Part shown: positions 1 through 62,574 of the stretch, piece by piece
Numbering within the stretch: the stretch's first letter is position 1
Layout of the letters: every line of letters begins with the position of its first letter
The notes under the pieces: generated by a model
Seen by the model: the letters and a program-made list of their open reading frames with translations, nothing else
Told to the model about the DNA's origin: nothing
The model's database searches: none
Translations under genes and position numbers: made by a program
Origin: Eledone cirrhosa
Lineage: Eukaryota
Length of the DNA: 64,000 bases
Direction of reading: 5' to 3'
Assembly: GCA_964016885.1 (NCBI GenBank)
Contig: OZ024762.1
Coordinates: 15,438,001 to 15,502,000 of the forward strand

Positions 1-38
1 CTCTCTCTCTCTGTGGTGTTCAAATACGACCCGAGATC

Positions 39-72
<34 letters not shown>

Positions 73-122
73 CAAATATGGCTGCCAAGCCCACGGGTTA
101 AATGTTGTAACAATAGGATTAC

Positions 123-282
123 TGGCCAAAAATTGAGTCGTTAGAACATATGGAAAGAATACTGAGCGGTAATTGATCCGGGTCTCTACTCTCTCCTCGT
201 TCAAATCCCGCCGAGGTCGACTTTACCTTTCATCCATTCGGGATCGATTATAAAATGTACCAGACTAATATTGGGTTCGATT
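123..282 (+). mobile_element. tRNA-derived SINE with Meta-domain-like core
   Basis: B-box-like gttcaaatcc followed by ccttTCATCCattcgggatcgat...gtacc core; ends in (CT)n. Confidence 0.7.
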
Positions 283-460
283 ATTCCTCTCTCTCTCTCT
301 CTCTCTCGGTCTCTCTTTTTCTGGGAGAAATCGACTGTGTTCAGACCTGAGGAAAGATGATGGACCCCCGCCAGGTTTTAAAATACTCAAGACACGCCGT
401 ATTTCATTAGGGCGCCCTCTCCACTCCATCGGGAATTATGAATCAAGTAAAATAATAGAA

Positions 461-617
461 TTGGCAGAGTCGTTAGAGCGTCAGGTGGAATGCTTTGTGG
501 TATTTATTCTGGCTCTCTGCTATCTGAGTTCGAATCTCGCCGAGATCAAATTTGCCTTTCATCCATTTGAGGTCGATAAATAAACTACCAACACTAGAGC
601 CCAGTACTAGGGTCAAT
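461..617 (+). mobile_element. tRNA-derived SINE with Meta-domain-like core
   Basis: A box tggcagagtcgttag, B box gagttcgaatc, core gcctttcatccatttgaggtcgataaa. Confidence 0.75.
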
Positions 618-662
618 ATTCTCTCTCTCTCAGTCTCTCTCTAGCTCTTTATCTCTCACTCA

Positions 663-705
<43 letters not shown>

Positions 706-785
706 ACACTCTCCCTCACTCACTCTCTCTCTGTCTTTCTCCTCCACCCCTCTCTCTCTTTCTCTCTCACTCTCTCGCTCGCACA

Positions 786-816
<31 letters not shown>

Positions 817-1700
817 ACTCGTTCTTTCTCTCTCACTCTCTTTCTCTCTCTCACTCTTTATCTCTCTCTCCATCACTCTCTCTTTTTCACACTCTCTCAC
901 TCACTCACTCTCTCTCACTCTTTCTCTCTCTCCATCACTCTCTCTCTCTCTCTCCATCACTCTCTCTCTCTCTCCATCACTCTCTAGAACAAATCAGTTG
1001 TATTCAGACCTGAAGAGAGTGGAGATGGTGAGATGAGGGTTTCGACAGTTCTGCCTTAGAACATCCCCTGGATGGCGCCCTAACATTCCATCAAATAGTT
1101 AAGCGCCTAAATATAAACCTAACTATATTACTTCATATTTTTTCACAGCTCTGTAGAAAGTAACTCTCTCTCTCTCTTTCTTTTCTTTTCGTTTCTTTCT
1201 CTCCCTCTCTCTCTCATTTTTTCTTTTCTTTTCCTTTCTCTCTCTCTCTCTCTCCCTCTTTATTTTTTCTTTTCTTTTCTCTCTCTCTCTACCGCCCTCT
1301 CCCTCTCTCCCTCCCATCCTCTCTCTTTCTCCCTCGCTCTCCCTCCCACACTCTCTCCCTCTTAATTTTTCTTTTCTTTTCCTTTCTCTCCCTCTCTCTC
1401 TCTCTCTCTCCCTCGCTCTCCCTCCCACACTCTCCCTCTCCCTCTTTATTTTTTCTTTTCTTTTCCTTTCTCTCCCTCCCTCTCTCCCTCGCTCTCTCTC
1501 TCTTTATTTTTTATTTTATTTTCCTTTCTCTCCCTCCCTCTCTCCCTCTCTCTCTCTCTTTATTTTTTCTTTTATTTTCCTTTCTCTCCCTCTCTCTCTC
1601 GCTCTCCCTCCCACACTCTCCCTCTCCCTCTTTATTTTTTATTTTATTTTCCTTTCTCTCCCTCCCTCCTTCTCTCTCTCACTCTTTATTTTTTATTTTA
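618..1700. repeat. (CT)n / polypyrimidine low-complexity tract
   Basis: Seen directly; source of the R/E-rich minus-strand ORFs. Confidence 0.95.
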
Positions 1701-2059
1701 TTTTTTCGTTTCGTTATTCTTATTATTTAACAGAATGTAGGGCAACTTGGATACTAAAATTTCGGTTCGGTTCTCAGCTCAGCGATTAAATTCTGTCAGA
1801 CGATACTGTGAGAATAGAAGAAATTTTGTATCGGTTGGTTGTATTTCCATCCTTTAAGTAATTAAAGACACTTCCTACATCTCACTTTTCCTTAGGAAAG
1901 ATTAGCTATAGTAATCCGAACTAATTTAACATGCAAAGAAAACACAAGTCGCCATTAATGCGTCTTCATATCAATTGCAACGCGTGGCGATATATTTCAA
2001 TGACCGCCATTGAAAATCGTTTACAGTGTGTTGTGTCTGCGTACCACTGAATGTCTGTC

Positions 2060-2063
2060 TGTG

Positions 2064-2098
<35 letters not shown>

Positions 2099-2349
2099 CA
2101 CACACACATATATATACATACATACATATATATATATATATTATATACACACATACACACATACATACATATATATATATATAATATACACACACATATA
2201 TATATACATACATATATATATATATATTATATATATATATGTATATATATGTATCTATGTATATATCTATGTACACACACACGCATATATATATAATATA
2301 TATATATATATACACATTTACAGACACACACAGACATTATATATATATG

Positions 2350-2381
<32 letters not shown>

Positions 2382-2383
2382 TG

Positions 2384-2460
<77 letters not shown>
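2060..2460. repeat. (TA)n/(CA)n/(TATG)n compound microsatellite
   Basis: Seen directly. Confidence 0.95.
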
Positions 2461-2693
2461 GTATATCGATTTGTTTTGTGTATATATTAACATGTAAACC
2501 GATCTTGAAGTTATACTAAACACACGAATACGGCAACAAATACATAGAGACATAATCTTGACGTAAACAACAACTAAAATTGTCTCCGTTACGCTATACG
2601 TATTTAGATGTTCTTGTTGTTGTTGTGGTACTTTTGATACAAACCGGCCTAAACCTGTCCCTTGTTTTGTGATACAAAACTGTTTATGGTGGA

Positions 2694-2998
2694 TTGGCAG
2701 AGTCGTTAAAACGTTGGATACCAGTAATTATTCCGGCTCTTTGCGTTCTGAGTTCAAATCTTTCCGTGGTTAATAAAATATACTAACAGTTATGTACTGG
2801 GGTCGATTTAATCGACTTTCCTTTCCCACCAGTAATTATTCCGGCTCTTTACGTTCTGAGTTCAAATCCTGTCGAGCTCAACTTCCCTTTCATCCTTCCA
2901 TGATTAATAAAATATAGTAACAGTTATGAACTGGGGTCTATCTAATCGACTTCCCTCTTCCCGCCAAAATTGCTGGCACTGTGCCTAAATTAGAAATC
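2694..2998 (+). mobile_element. Two tandem copies of the same tRNA-derived SINE
   Basis: tggcagagtcgtta...gagttcaaatc is repeated; the second copy has the ccctttcatccttcc core and the aaattgctggcactgtgcctaaattagaaa tail. Confidence 0.7.
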
Positions 2999-3102
2999 GT
3001 TAGAAATCATTTATCTAAAGAAAAAAACTTCTATCATAACCTTTGTTAAGTTATGTTCCTGTCGATAGAGCATCAGATTTAATTCCTAGGTATTTGTTTC
3101 AG

Positions 3103-6100
3103 CCAACTCTGCCAGAAGTTGTGACTGCCAGATAGTATCAGGAATAGAAAGACCAATGGAAACATTGTTTCCTTGGTCTGATCTGATGATCAGTTCCTTT
3201 CTTTTGCCAGAAGTTGTGACTGCCAGATAGTATCAGTAATAGAAAGACGAATGGAAACATTGTTTCCTTGGTCTGATCTGATTATCAGTAGCCAACTCTG
3301 CCAGAAGTTGTGACTGCCAGATAGTATCAGGAATAGAAATACCAATGGAAACATTGTTTCTTTGGTCTGATCTAATCATCAGCTTCTTTCTTCTGTCAGA
3401 AGTTGTGACTGACAGATAATATCAGGAATAGAAATACCAATGGAAACATTGTTTCCTTGGTCTAATCTGATCATCAGTTCCTTTCTTCTGTCAGGAGTTG
3501 TGACTGCCAGATAGTATCAGGAATAGAAATACCAATGGAAACATTGTTTCTTTGGTCTGATCTGATCATCAGTTCCTTTCTTCTGTCAGGAGTTGTGACT
3601 GACAGATAGTATCAGGAATAGAAATACCAATGGAAACATTGTTTCTTTGGTCTGATCTGATCATCAGTTCCTTTCTTCTGTCAGGAGTTGTGACTGCCAG
3701 ATAATATCAGGAATAGAAATACCAATGGAAACATTGTTTCTTTGGTCTGATCTGATCATCAGTTCCTTTCTTCTGTCAGGAGTTGTGACTGCCAGATAGT
3801 ATCAGGAATAGAAATACCAATGGAAACATTGTTTCTTTGGTCTGATCTGATCATCAGTTCCTTTCTTCTGTCAGGAGTTGTGACTGCCAGATAATATCAG
3901 GAATAGAAATACCAATGGAAACATTGTTTCCTTGGTCTAATCTGATCATCAGTTCCTTTCTTCTGTCAGGAGTTGTGACTGCCAGATAGTATCAGGAATA
4001 GAAATACCAATGGAAACATTGTTTCCTTGGTCTAATCTGATCATCAGTTCCTTTCTTCTGTCAGGAGTTGTGACTGACAGATAATATCAGGAATAGAAAT
4101 ACCAATGGAAACATTGTTTCCTTGGTCTAATCTGATCATCAGTTCCTTTCTTCTGTCAGGAGTTGTGACTGCCAGATAGTATCAGGAATAGAAATACCAA
4201 TGGAAACATTGTTTCTTTGGTCTGATCTGATCATCAGTTCCTTTCTTCTGTCAGGAGTTGTGACTGCCAGATAGTATCAGGAATAGAAATACCAATGGAA
4301 ACATTGTTTCCTTGGTCTAATCTGATCATCAGTTCCTTTCTTCTGTCAGGAGTTGTGACTGACAGATAATATCAGTAATAGAAATACCAATGGAAACATT
4401 GTTTCCTTGGTCTGATCTGATCATCAGTTCCTTTCTTCTGTCAGGAGTTGTGACTGCCAGATAGTATCAGGAATAGAAATACCAATGGAAACATTGTTTC
4501 TTTGGTCTGATCTGATCATCAGTTCCTTTCTTCTGTCAGGAGTTGTGACTGCCAGATAGTATCAGGAATAGAAATACCAATGGAAACATTGTTTCCTTGG
4601 TCTAATCTGATCATCAGTTCCTTTCTTCTGTCAGGAGTTGTGACTGCCAGATAGTATCAGGAATAGAAATACCAATGGAAACATTGTTTCTTTGGTCTGA
4701 TCTGATCATCAGTTCCTTTCTTCTGTCAGGAGTTGTGACTGCCAGATAGTATCAGGAATAGAAATACCAATGGAAACATTGTTTCTTTGGTCTGATCTGA
4801 TCATCAGTTCCTTTCTTCTGTCAGGAGTTGTGACTGCCAGATAGTATCAGGAATAGAAATACCAATGGAAACATTGTTTCTTTGGTCTGATCTGATCATC
4901 AGTTCCTTTCTTCTGTCAGGAGTTGTGACTGCCAGATAGTATCAGGAATAGAAATACCAATGGAAACATTGTTTCTTTGGTCTGATCTGATCATCAGTTC
5001 CTTTCTTCTGTCAGGAGTTGTGACTGCCAGATAGTATCAGGAATAGAAATACCAATGGAAACATTGTTTCTTTGGTCTGATCTGATCATCAGTTCCTTTC
5101 TTCTGTCAGGAGTTGTGACTGCCAGATAGTATCAGGAATAGAAATACCAATGGAAACATTGTTTCTTTGGTCTGATCTGATCATCAGTTCCTTTCTTCTG
5201 TCAGGAGTTGTGACTGCCAGATAGTATCAGGAATAGAAATACCAATGGAAACATTGTTTCTTTGGTCTGATCTGATCATCAGTTCCTTTCTTCTGTCAGG
5301 AGTTGTGACTGCCAGATAGTATCAGGAATAGAAATACCAATGGAAACATTGTTTCCTTGGTCTAATCTGATCATCAGTTCCTTTCTTCTGTCAGGAGTTG
5401 TGACTGCCAGATAGTATCAGGAATAGAAATACCAATGGAAACATTGTTTCTTTGGTCTGATCTGATCATCAGTTCCTTTCTTCTGTCAGGAGTTGTGACT
5501 GCCAGATAGTATCAGGAATAGAAATACCAATGGAAACATTGTTTCTTTGGTCTGATCTGATCATCAGTTCCTTTCTTCTGTCAGGAGTTGTGACTGCCAG
5601 ATAGTATCAGGAATAGAAATACCAATGGAAACATTGTTTCTTTGGTCTGATCTGATCATCAGTTCCTTTCTTCTGTCAGGAGTTGTGACTGCCAGATAGT
5701 ATCAGGAATAGAAATACCAATGGAAACATTGTTTCCTTGGTCTAATCTGATCATCAGTTCCTTTCTTCTGTCAGGAGTTGTGACTGCCAGATAGTATCAG
5801 GAATAGAAATACCAATGGAAACATTGTTTCCTTGGTCTAATCTGATCATCAGTTCCTTTCTTCTGTCAGGAGTTGTGACTGACAGATAATATCAGTAATA
5901 GAAATACCAATGGAAACATTGTTTCCTTGGTCTGATCTGATCATCAGTTCCTTTCTTCTGTCAGGAGTTGTGACTGCCAGATAGTATCAGGAATAGAAAT
6001 ACCAATGGAAACATTGTTTCCTTGGTCTGATCTGATCATCAGTTCCTTTCTTCTGTCAGGAGTTGTGACTGACAGATAGTATCAGGAATAGAAATACCAA

Positions 6101-6526
6101 TGGAAACATTGTTTCCTTGGTCTAATCTGATCATCAGTTCCTTTCTTCTGTCAGGAGTTGTGACTGCCAGATAGTATCAGGAATAGAAATACCAATGGAA
6201 ACATTGTTTCCTTGGTCTAATCTGATCATCAGTTCCTTTCTTCTGTCAGGAGTTGTGACTGCCAGATAATATCAGGAATAGAAATACCAATGGAAACATT
6301 GTTTCTTTGGTCTGATCTGATCATCAGTTCCTTTCTTCTGTCAGGAGTTGTGACTGCCAGATAGTATCAGGAATAGAAATACCAATGGAAACATTGTTTC
6401 CTTGGTCTAATCTGATCATCAGCTTCTTTCTTCTGTCAGGAGTTGTGACTGCCAGATAATATCAGGAATAGAAATACCAATGGAAACATTGTTTCCTTGG
6501 TCTAATCTGATCATCAGCTTCTTTCT
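3103..6526. repeat. 95-bp tandem satellite, about 36 copies
   Basis: Unit agttgtgactgccagatagtatcaggaatagaaataccaatggaaacattgtttcyttggtctratctgatcatcagttcctttcttctgtcagg; the register recurs at 3781, 4921 and 6061 (12 x 95 bp apart). Confidence 0.97.
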
Positions 6527-7050
6527 TTTTCCTTTCATTTTTCATTTTAGGGTGTGATCTGCTTCTAGTCGACCTAGAGATCACGTAGTAGAGGTCTCCT
6601 TAATGGCTGGCTATATTTCAAAGTGTGTAATTGGGGAAGGGTGGGTACTGCGGTGGGGGCTGAGCTGGGTGGGGCAGGTCATTAGAGATGTGGGAAGGGG
6701 GTTAAGGGTAAAAGAGGGTGTCGGGTTTGAGTGAACAGCGTCATGAAGCTACTTTGAACAAGAGATACAAGTGCATAATAGCCAATAACTATATCGGTAA
6801 TGAGGCTAATAATGTGGCGTTTGGAAACCAAGCAAATAGAGATATATGGAGGGGGGAGCAGTGGAATAGGAGGGGCTGAAGTGTGTGTATATATATATAC
6901 ACACACACACAAATATATAAATATTTATATATATATATCCATACACACATATATATACACATATATATATTTATACATATATATGTGTGTGTGTGTGTAC
7001 ATATACATATATGTGTCTGTAATATACATATATAATAGATGCATTAAATA

Positions 7051-7147
7051 AAGAAGAAGAAGAAGAAGAAGAAGAAGAAGAAGAAGAAGAAGAAGAAGAA
7101 GAAGAAGAAGAAGAAGAAGAAGAAGAAGAAGAAGAAGAAGAAGAAGA
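7051..7147. repeat. (GAA)n microsatellite
   Basis: Seen directly. Confidence 0.97.
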
Positions 7148-7758
7148 GATATTATCTAACTGAAATCATTGCCTTACAAGAGGGAAAATTCCACCGTTTG
7201 CTCTTTGAGCTCATTAGTGGTTCAAATGGGACAGGAATCCTGTTTGAAGTATGGCGGTATACCGGTGTAGAAGTACTCGGTACCCTCCTCCACGACCAAT
7301 ACTACCGCCACCATCCCCTCCATCTATCTGTCTGTCAATCTATCTATCTATCTATCTGTCTCTCGATCTGTCTACATATCTATCTCTCTATATATCTATC
7401 TACCTTTTGTTTATCTATCAATCTATCTATCTAACTATATGTCTATCTAACTATATGTCTATCTAACTATATATCTATCTAACTATATGTCTATCTAACT
7501 ATATGTCTATCTAACTATCTATCTATCTATCTAACTATATGTCTATCTAACTATATATCTATCTAACTATATATCTATCTAACTATATGTCTATCTAACT
7601 ATATGTCTATCTAACTATATGTCTATCTAACTATATATCTAACTATATATCTATCTAACTATATATCTATCTAACTATATGTCTATCTAACTATATATCT
7701 ATCTAACTATATGTCTATCTAACTATATGTCTATCTAACTATCTATCTATCTATCTAA

Positions 7759-8964
7759 CTCTTCCGATTCCTTTGGAAGAGGCGGGCTCCTTTGGTAAGA
7801 AGATCCATCTGCTGCCAACACCCTTCTAACGGAGGGCTGGGGATGCCGTGGTTGACGATGCGCAAACACGCGCTCAGGCTGCGGCATCTCTACGTATTCC
7901 TCACCGGACAACCGGTGTGGGCCCCGTTCGTGAGGCGAGCCTTCCCACGACTCGTCTCACTGACCGAGCTGCAGTCCTGGGTCAAGCAGAGACCGAGGAA
8001 AATGGGCGACTGGCACATCGAATGTGCTCAGGCGCTCACAGCCCTCTGGCAGGCGGACCCGGCGATCAGTGGAGACTCCACTTCGTCATTCTATAGAGGG
8101 TTGGTCCGCAGCAAGTGCGACGACGCGCTCGGTGAAACTCTGGGCGTGGAGGAAGATGAACTGGCCAGTCTGTTCGGTAGGACCTTCCGCCCGGGACCGA
8201 TGGACAACTTCCAAAAGTCCCTGGCCTGGCAGTGCTACCGAGGAGCTCTACCAGTTCGAGACAAGCTCTACAGACATGGGCGCCCGGGCAGGGACCCTGC
8301 AAAAAAGATCTGTCCGAGGTGCGTGCGAGACGAAGAAACCGTCGCGCACGCATTCATACACTGCCCGGGCGTCACTGACCTGTGGGGATATGTAGAACGA
8401 CTATTGTCGCGGGTGGGACCAATCCAGTTGACCACCGAGTCCATTGTCATGATCAAACCGCCACCCTCCTTCAAAAACGAAGGAGAGGCGGTTTTCCTTT
8501 GTGTGATAGCTATGGCGAAAGAGGTTGTATGGTGGACAAGGTTGAAAGGGCTGAGGTCAGACACCTTTCTCTCCGGCCAACAACTGATTCTTTTTTTCAA
8601 ATACCACTTTGGAAGAAGAATCAGGATGGAGAGAGAGGTGCTGTACCCCAGCAAGTTTTATGAAAGGTGGGTGAAAGTGGCGAGAATGGCCCGAGTGAAT
8701 GGGCCTTCTCTCTATATCAGCCTGTAGATTGAGGAAAAGGAGGAGGAGAGGAAAGGAGTACAAGCTCTTCGTACTCCTGGAGATGAGGGTTGCACATTTT
8801 TTTCGGGGGTATGTGTTACCCATATAAACTGTCTCCCTCTATTGGGGAAAATCGACTAACTTTTAAATTCCATCTGTGATAACATTTTACACGTTTTTAT
8901 TGTATGTAAACTTCCCCCTTTGTATTTGTCCCCTTCTTTTGTGCCCCTGTGGCTAATAAAGAAA
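7759..8964 (+). mobile_element. 5'-truncated L1/Tx1-clade LINE (ORF2 C-terminus + 3' UTR) in (TATC)n
   Basis: ORF 7792-8727 with GGLG motif and CPRC..ET..H.F..C zinc knuckle (zf-RVT); 3' end aataaagaaat runs into ATCT repeats; both flanks are (TATC)-derived. Confidence 0.9.
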
Positions 8965-9311
8965 TATATCTATCTATCTATCTAACTATATATCTATCTA
9001 ACTATATGTGTATCTAACTATATGTCTATCTAACTATATGTCTATCTAACTATATATCTATCTAACTATATGTCTATCTAACTATATGTCTATCTAACTA
9101 TATATCTATGTATATGTCTATCTATATGTCTATCTAACTATATGTCTATCTATATATCTGTCTATCTATCGTATGTTATTTCCTATATATATCTTAATGT
9201 CAAATTCTCTTCAGTACACATTTCTGAGAGAACGTCAGATGTCAGCAATGGGGAGATCACGTATATCTGTCTCGGTTGTTATATATATATATAGAGTATA
9301 TATATATTATA

Positions 9312-9529
<218 letters not shown>

Positions 9530-9542
9530 TATAATATATATA

Positions 9543-9720
9543 TACTCTATCTCAAAATTATTTTTGAAAAGCATTTAGAAATGCGCAACCGGTGAAAACT
9601 TAAAAACTTAAACCACAACTGAATACTAACCCATACAATCACTAATACTCTTTTATTCCTAATTAAACCATTTTTCAGCTGTGAACAATTTGTCAGCATT
9701 TTCTATTCCGTTTACCAATA
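9543..9720 (+). repeat. Dispersed repeat, matches one arm of the 56211-56605 fold-back
   Basis: cactctatctcaaaattatttttg...ccgtttaccaat is near-identical to 56427-56605. Confidence 0.85.
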
Positions 9721-9729
9721 TATATATAT

Positions 9730-10087
9730 ATACTTCTCGCCTTCTTCACCACCTCTCCTGCGGCCTCGATATAAATACCCCCTCCGCCTCCGTGGTATTT
9801 TCTTCGGGGTTATAAGAGGCTTAGCTCTGTTTCTCGACCGTTATATCGCGTGACTATCTCCCCCTCCGCCTTTTGGGATTCTTTCTCACGTCGTGTAGAC
9901 GCGTTCTTGAGACTAGTAAAATGAGGTATCCTCTTGATAAGTAGGCAGACCTCGCAAGGACTCTATGTCTTTATGATATATTGTTTTTGTTTATGCCACG
10001 AAACTACGTAGTCGAGGAATTTAGGAGCAGTTTAGGTATGATACATTTTATTACTAATTATATCTAAATGTTTCTTCTCTCTTCATA

Positions 10088-10092
<5 letters not shown>
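9730..10092 (+). repeat. Unclassified dispersed repeat, second copy at about 39674-40033
   Basis: tacttctcgccttcttcac...cttcataatgta is near-identical at both loci; both lie in (TA)n. Confidence 0.85.
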
Positions 10093-10124
<32 letters not shown>

Positions 10125-10170
10125 TATATATATATCTGCATATATGTATGTATATATATATATATTTATA

Positions 10171-10490
10171 TACGATATTAAACAAATGGAAACTATATTT
10201 ATAAAACCATATTTAATTTTTTATCAACTTTTTAAATGGAAGTTGCACTGTTCTAGGTAAGTCAAATTTATTTATAAAACGGTTTATATATTGTATTTTG
10301 TCTGAGGAAGGCATACCATATTTTTAATATGGTATCCCTGAAATATATATAATGAAATAAATATGGTTTTATGAATATAGTTTCCATTTGTTTAATATCG
10401 TAAACCTACTCCAAAACCTGTTGAGTGCTTTTATATCAGTTATAAAATATTTACTCGTTGTAACCCTACAATTTTAAATAAAACTTTTGC
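10171..10490. mobile_element. Fold-back Penelope-pLTR-like element with hammerhead motif
   Basis: Inverted arms 10171-10214 and ~10358-10402; CTGAGGA...GAAAtatata at 10302; same family as 17346 and 18072. Confidence 0.7.
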
Positions 10491-10621
10491 ATATATATTT
10501 ATATATATATTTCGTTTCTGAATTTGTTTAGCAAGATTCTTTATCTGAAATCGTGTGTTGAAACCGATATTGTTATACTTTGCGTGTGTTTCTTATTGGC
10601 AACATGACCCTCCCAAAGTAT

Positions 10622-10676
<55 letters not shown>

Positions 10677-10722
10677 TATATATATATGCATATATGTGCA
10701 TATATATATATATGCATATATG

Positions 10723-10762
<40 letters not shown>

Positions 10763-11000
10763 TATATATATATATTTGTATTATATATATATATGCATAT
10801 ATATATATGTAGTAACTATGGCGACAGTGTGTTGACTATAGAAACGCAGTGTCGCCACCTGTGGGTAACACAAAAAAATAGCGCATATTTGTATTATATA
10901 TATATATATATGCATATATATATATATATATATTTGTATTATATACATATATATACATTATATATATACATTATATATATATATATACATTATATATTTG

Positions 11001-11050
<50 letters not shown>

Positions 11051-11111
11051 TATATGCACTCTTTTAATTACATATACACACACATATCCTCGTAGCTTCG
11101 TACGGACGTAT

Positions 11112-11156
<45 letters not shown>

Positions 11157-11189
11157 TACGCACGCGCACAAGTATAGCTCTATATACAA

Positions 11190-11495
11190 AACGGTTTTTT
11201 TTCCATTTAAGGGAGACGCGCTCCATCATCCACTTTTCTAAAAAAAAGTATATCATACACAAAACGCCAGATTCAACAGTTTTCCAAGAGATGTCAACAT
11301 GAATTGACCTGTTATTTTTCCGATACCGCCTTGCCCGTCCCTTCAATCTTTCTAATTTCTCATTCTTTCTTCTGATGAAGGGCTAGCGTCCGAAACGTTA
11401 AGACCCTCTTCCTGCTATTTCAAGAGTTAACCTAATATATTTCTTCCATATACTGTACCGATTGTATTGTTATTTCTGTTTACCTTTTACATATA
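11190..11495 (+). mobile_element. pLTR-like element with minimal hammerhead (family also at 25650-25880, 46900-47010, 59045-59250, 59600-59730)
   Basis: tcttCTGATGAagggctagcgtccGAAAcgTTaaga at 11368-11403. Confidence 0.7.
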
Positions 11496-11524
11496 TGTAT
11501 ATACGTACATACATATATATATCA

Positions 11525-11962
11525 TCTAGGGCGGGTAAAATTCTCGAGATCCATGGACGAGTTCTCTCCAGCGGTCTCTGTCCCTCATTACCGCTGCCAT
11601 GTCCTGCGTCTCCAACAAACCAGTGTCTGTCCTTAGGGCATCAACATGTTAACCTCGGTCTTCCTCTTCCAGTGTGTCCATGCAGGGGCTCCCACAGGAG
11701 CACTGAGTGCAGTGTCAACTCTGGATGTCGGTGAGCATGTCCAGCTAACCTCAGTCTCCTCTGTGTCACTTTTGAGCTGACTTTTGGGATGCTCCCATAC
11801 AGCTCTGAGTTCTTCATCCTCAGTGTATACTGATTAATGTTAAGAGCCATCCTCAGCATTCTCGTGTAGCACCCATCCACCATCTGAGTGGGTTTCTTGG
11901 TCAGTCTCTAAGTCTCAGACCCGTACAGCAGCACAGACTCCACTACAGCAACGAAGAGACGG
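11525..11962 (-). mobile_element. RTE-like LINE 3' fragment
   Basis: Translates VLLYGSET...[14 protein letters not shown]...RRLRLAGH...RGRP, typical of an RTE-group ORF C-terminus. Confidence 0.85.
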
Positions 11963-12534
11963 ATATATATATATATATATATATAGAAAACTTATAATGA
12001 AACAATTGTTTGGAAAGAGAGATATACTTTAACTTTAATTATATCTCATAAAATAATACAACTGGTTTTTCCACATTATACATATTGTTAGCACCCCAAA
12101 CACTTAAATTGGGTTTATATTTTAATATAACCTAATGTTTGTTGAGTGAGATGGTTACCAGTCAGAGTTTAGCTTTAAACTATCTCTGTTATTGTATTAA
12201 ATGTTAAGGTACTTGCCCAAGATGTTACACAATGGCATTGAACCCGGGATTCCAAGACTGAACGGTGGATTGTGTTTTTAAGTCAGACGCTTCATTTCAT
12301 ATTGCTTTTACATGATTGAACTGGAGGCCTCTATCATTAAAAGATCCGAGAAAACTCACATGATATGCAACCTCATAAGTAGCCAGCTAAAGTTGCCTGG
12401 AATTATCAAGGAAATTGATAAAATAGAAGCTCTTCAGAAGCTTATTGGACGGACAGTGAACCCGGGATCGAATGATTGCAAAGTGAACTTCTTAACCATT
12501 TAACCACACCAACATACACGAACATACAGTAGCT

Positions 12535-12607
12535 CATAAACACACACACACACACACACACCTATATAAACGCACACACAATCACATATGCACATACAAA
12601 TGCTCAT

Positions 12608-12646
<39 letters not shown>

Positions 12647-13040
12647 TATAAACGCACACACAATCACATATGCACATACAAATGCTCATAAACACACACA
12701 CACACACCTATATAAACGCACACACATTCACACACACTCACACAGACAGACACACAGACACCTATATAAACGCACACACAATCACACACACACACACACA
12801 CATACAGACACCTATATAAACGCACACACAATCACACACACACACACAGACAGACACACAGACACCTATATAAACGCACACACAATCACACACACTCACA
12901 CAGACAGACACACAGACACCTATATAAACGCACACACAATCACACACACACACAGACACATACAAACAAATACACGCACACACACATACAAACACACACA
13001 CACAAACACACATATACAAACACACACACACATACACACC
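12535..13040. repeat. (CA)n-based minisatellite with cctatataaacgcacacacaat core
   Basis: The core is repeated about 7 times between CA runs. Confidence 0.9.
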
Positions 13041-13207
13041 TTACAGTCACTTAAGCTGTTATCTAACACCCCATTAGATAACAGACCTCTTCCCCATCCC
13101 CTCCCTCGGCCCTCACACCCTCCCCACCACCACCACCAACCTGAATCTCTGTTAAACAAATCAACCAATCACAGATCACATCATATTCAGTGCGGAGTGG
13201 AAGTCTC

Positions 13208-13233
13208 GTTGCTAAGCGACAGCAGTAAACAAA
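13208..13233 (+). promoter_or_regulatory. Candidate RFX X-box (GTTGCTAAGCGAC) plus adjacent forkhead site (GTAAACAAA)
   Basis: Near-palindromic X-box-like motif at 13208-13220 and an RTAAACA motif at 13225-13231, 55-80 bp upstream of the predicted ATG. Confidence 0.5.
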
Positions 13234-13287
13234 ACATGTTTATTATTAGATTAATTTTTTTTCTTTTTTTCTTTCTTTTTTTGAAAA

Positions 13288-62486
<49,199 letters not shown>

Positions 62487-62574
62487 GTACGTACATCTGT
62501 CTATCTATCTACCTACCTATTTATCTGTCTATCTACCTACCTACCTACCAATCTATCTATATATATATCACAAT

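Noticed and set aside
461-617. tRNA genes
   Set aside because: A/B boxes belong to tRNA-derived SINE heads followed by SINE core and tail; no complete cloverleaf.
1734-2050. Unique island with an acceptor-like ttaacag and CGCCAT motifs; possible exon or promoter of a neighbouring gene
   Set aside because: Stops in all three plus frames and no recognisable protein; it may be UTR or promoter but cannot be supported from sequence alone.
3103-6526. CRISPR array or hammerhead array
   Set aside because: No unique spacers and a eukaryotic context. The minus-strand CTGATGA...GAAAC lacks a pairable stem II and has a poor stem I, so it was not called a hammerhead.
12312-12503. Protein-like ORF (…IKEIDKIEALQK…) as an upstream exon
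   Set aside because: No convincing splice sites, flanked by SINE-like fragments, and more like a decayed LINE remnant; the gene model starts satisfactorily at 13288.
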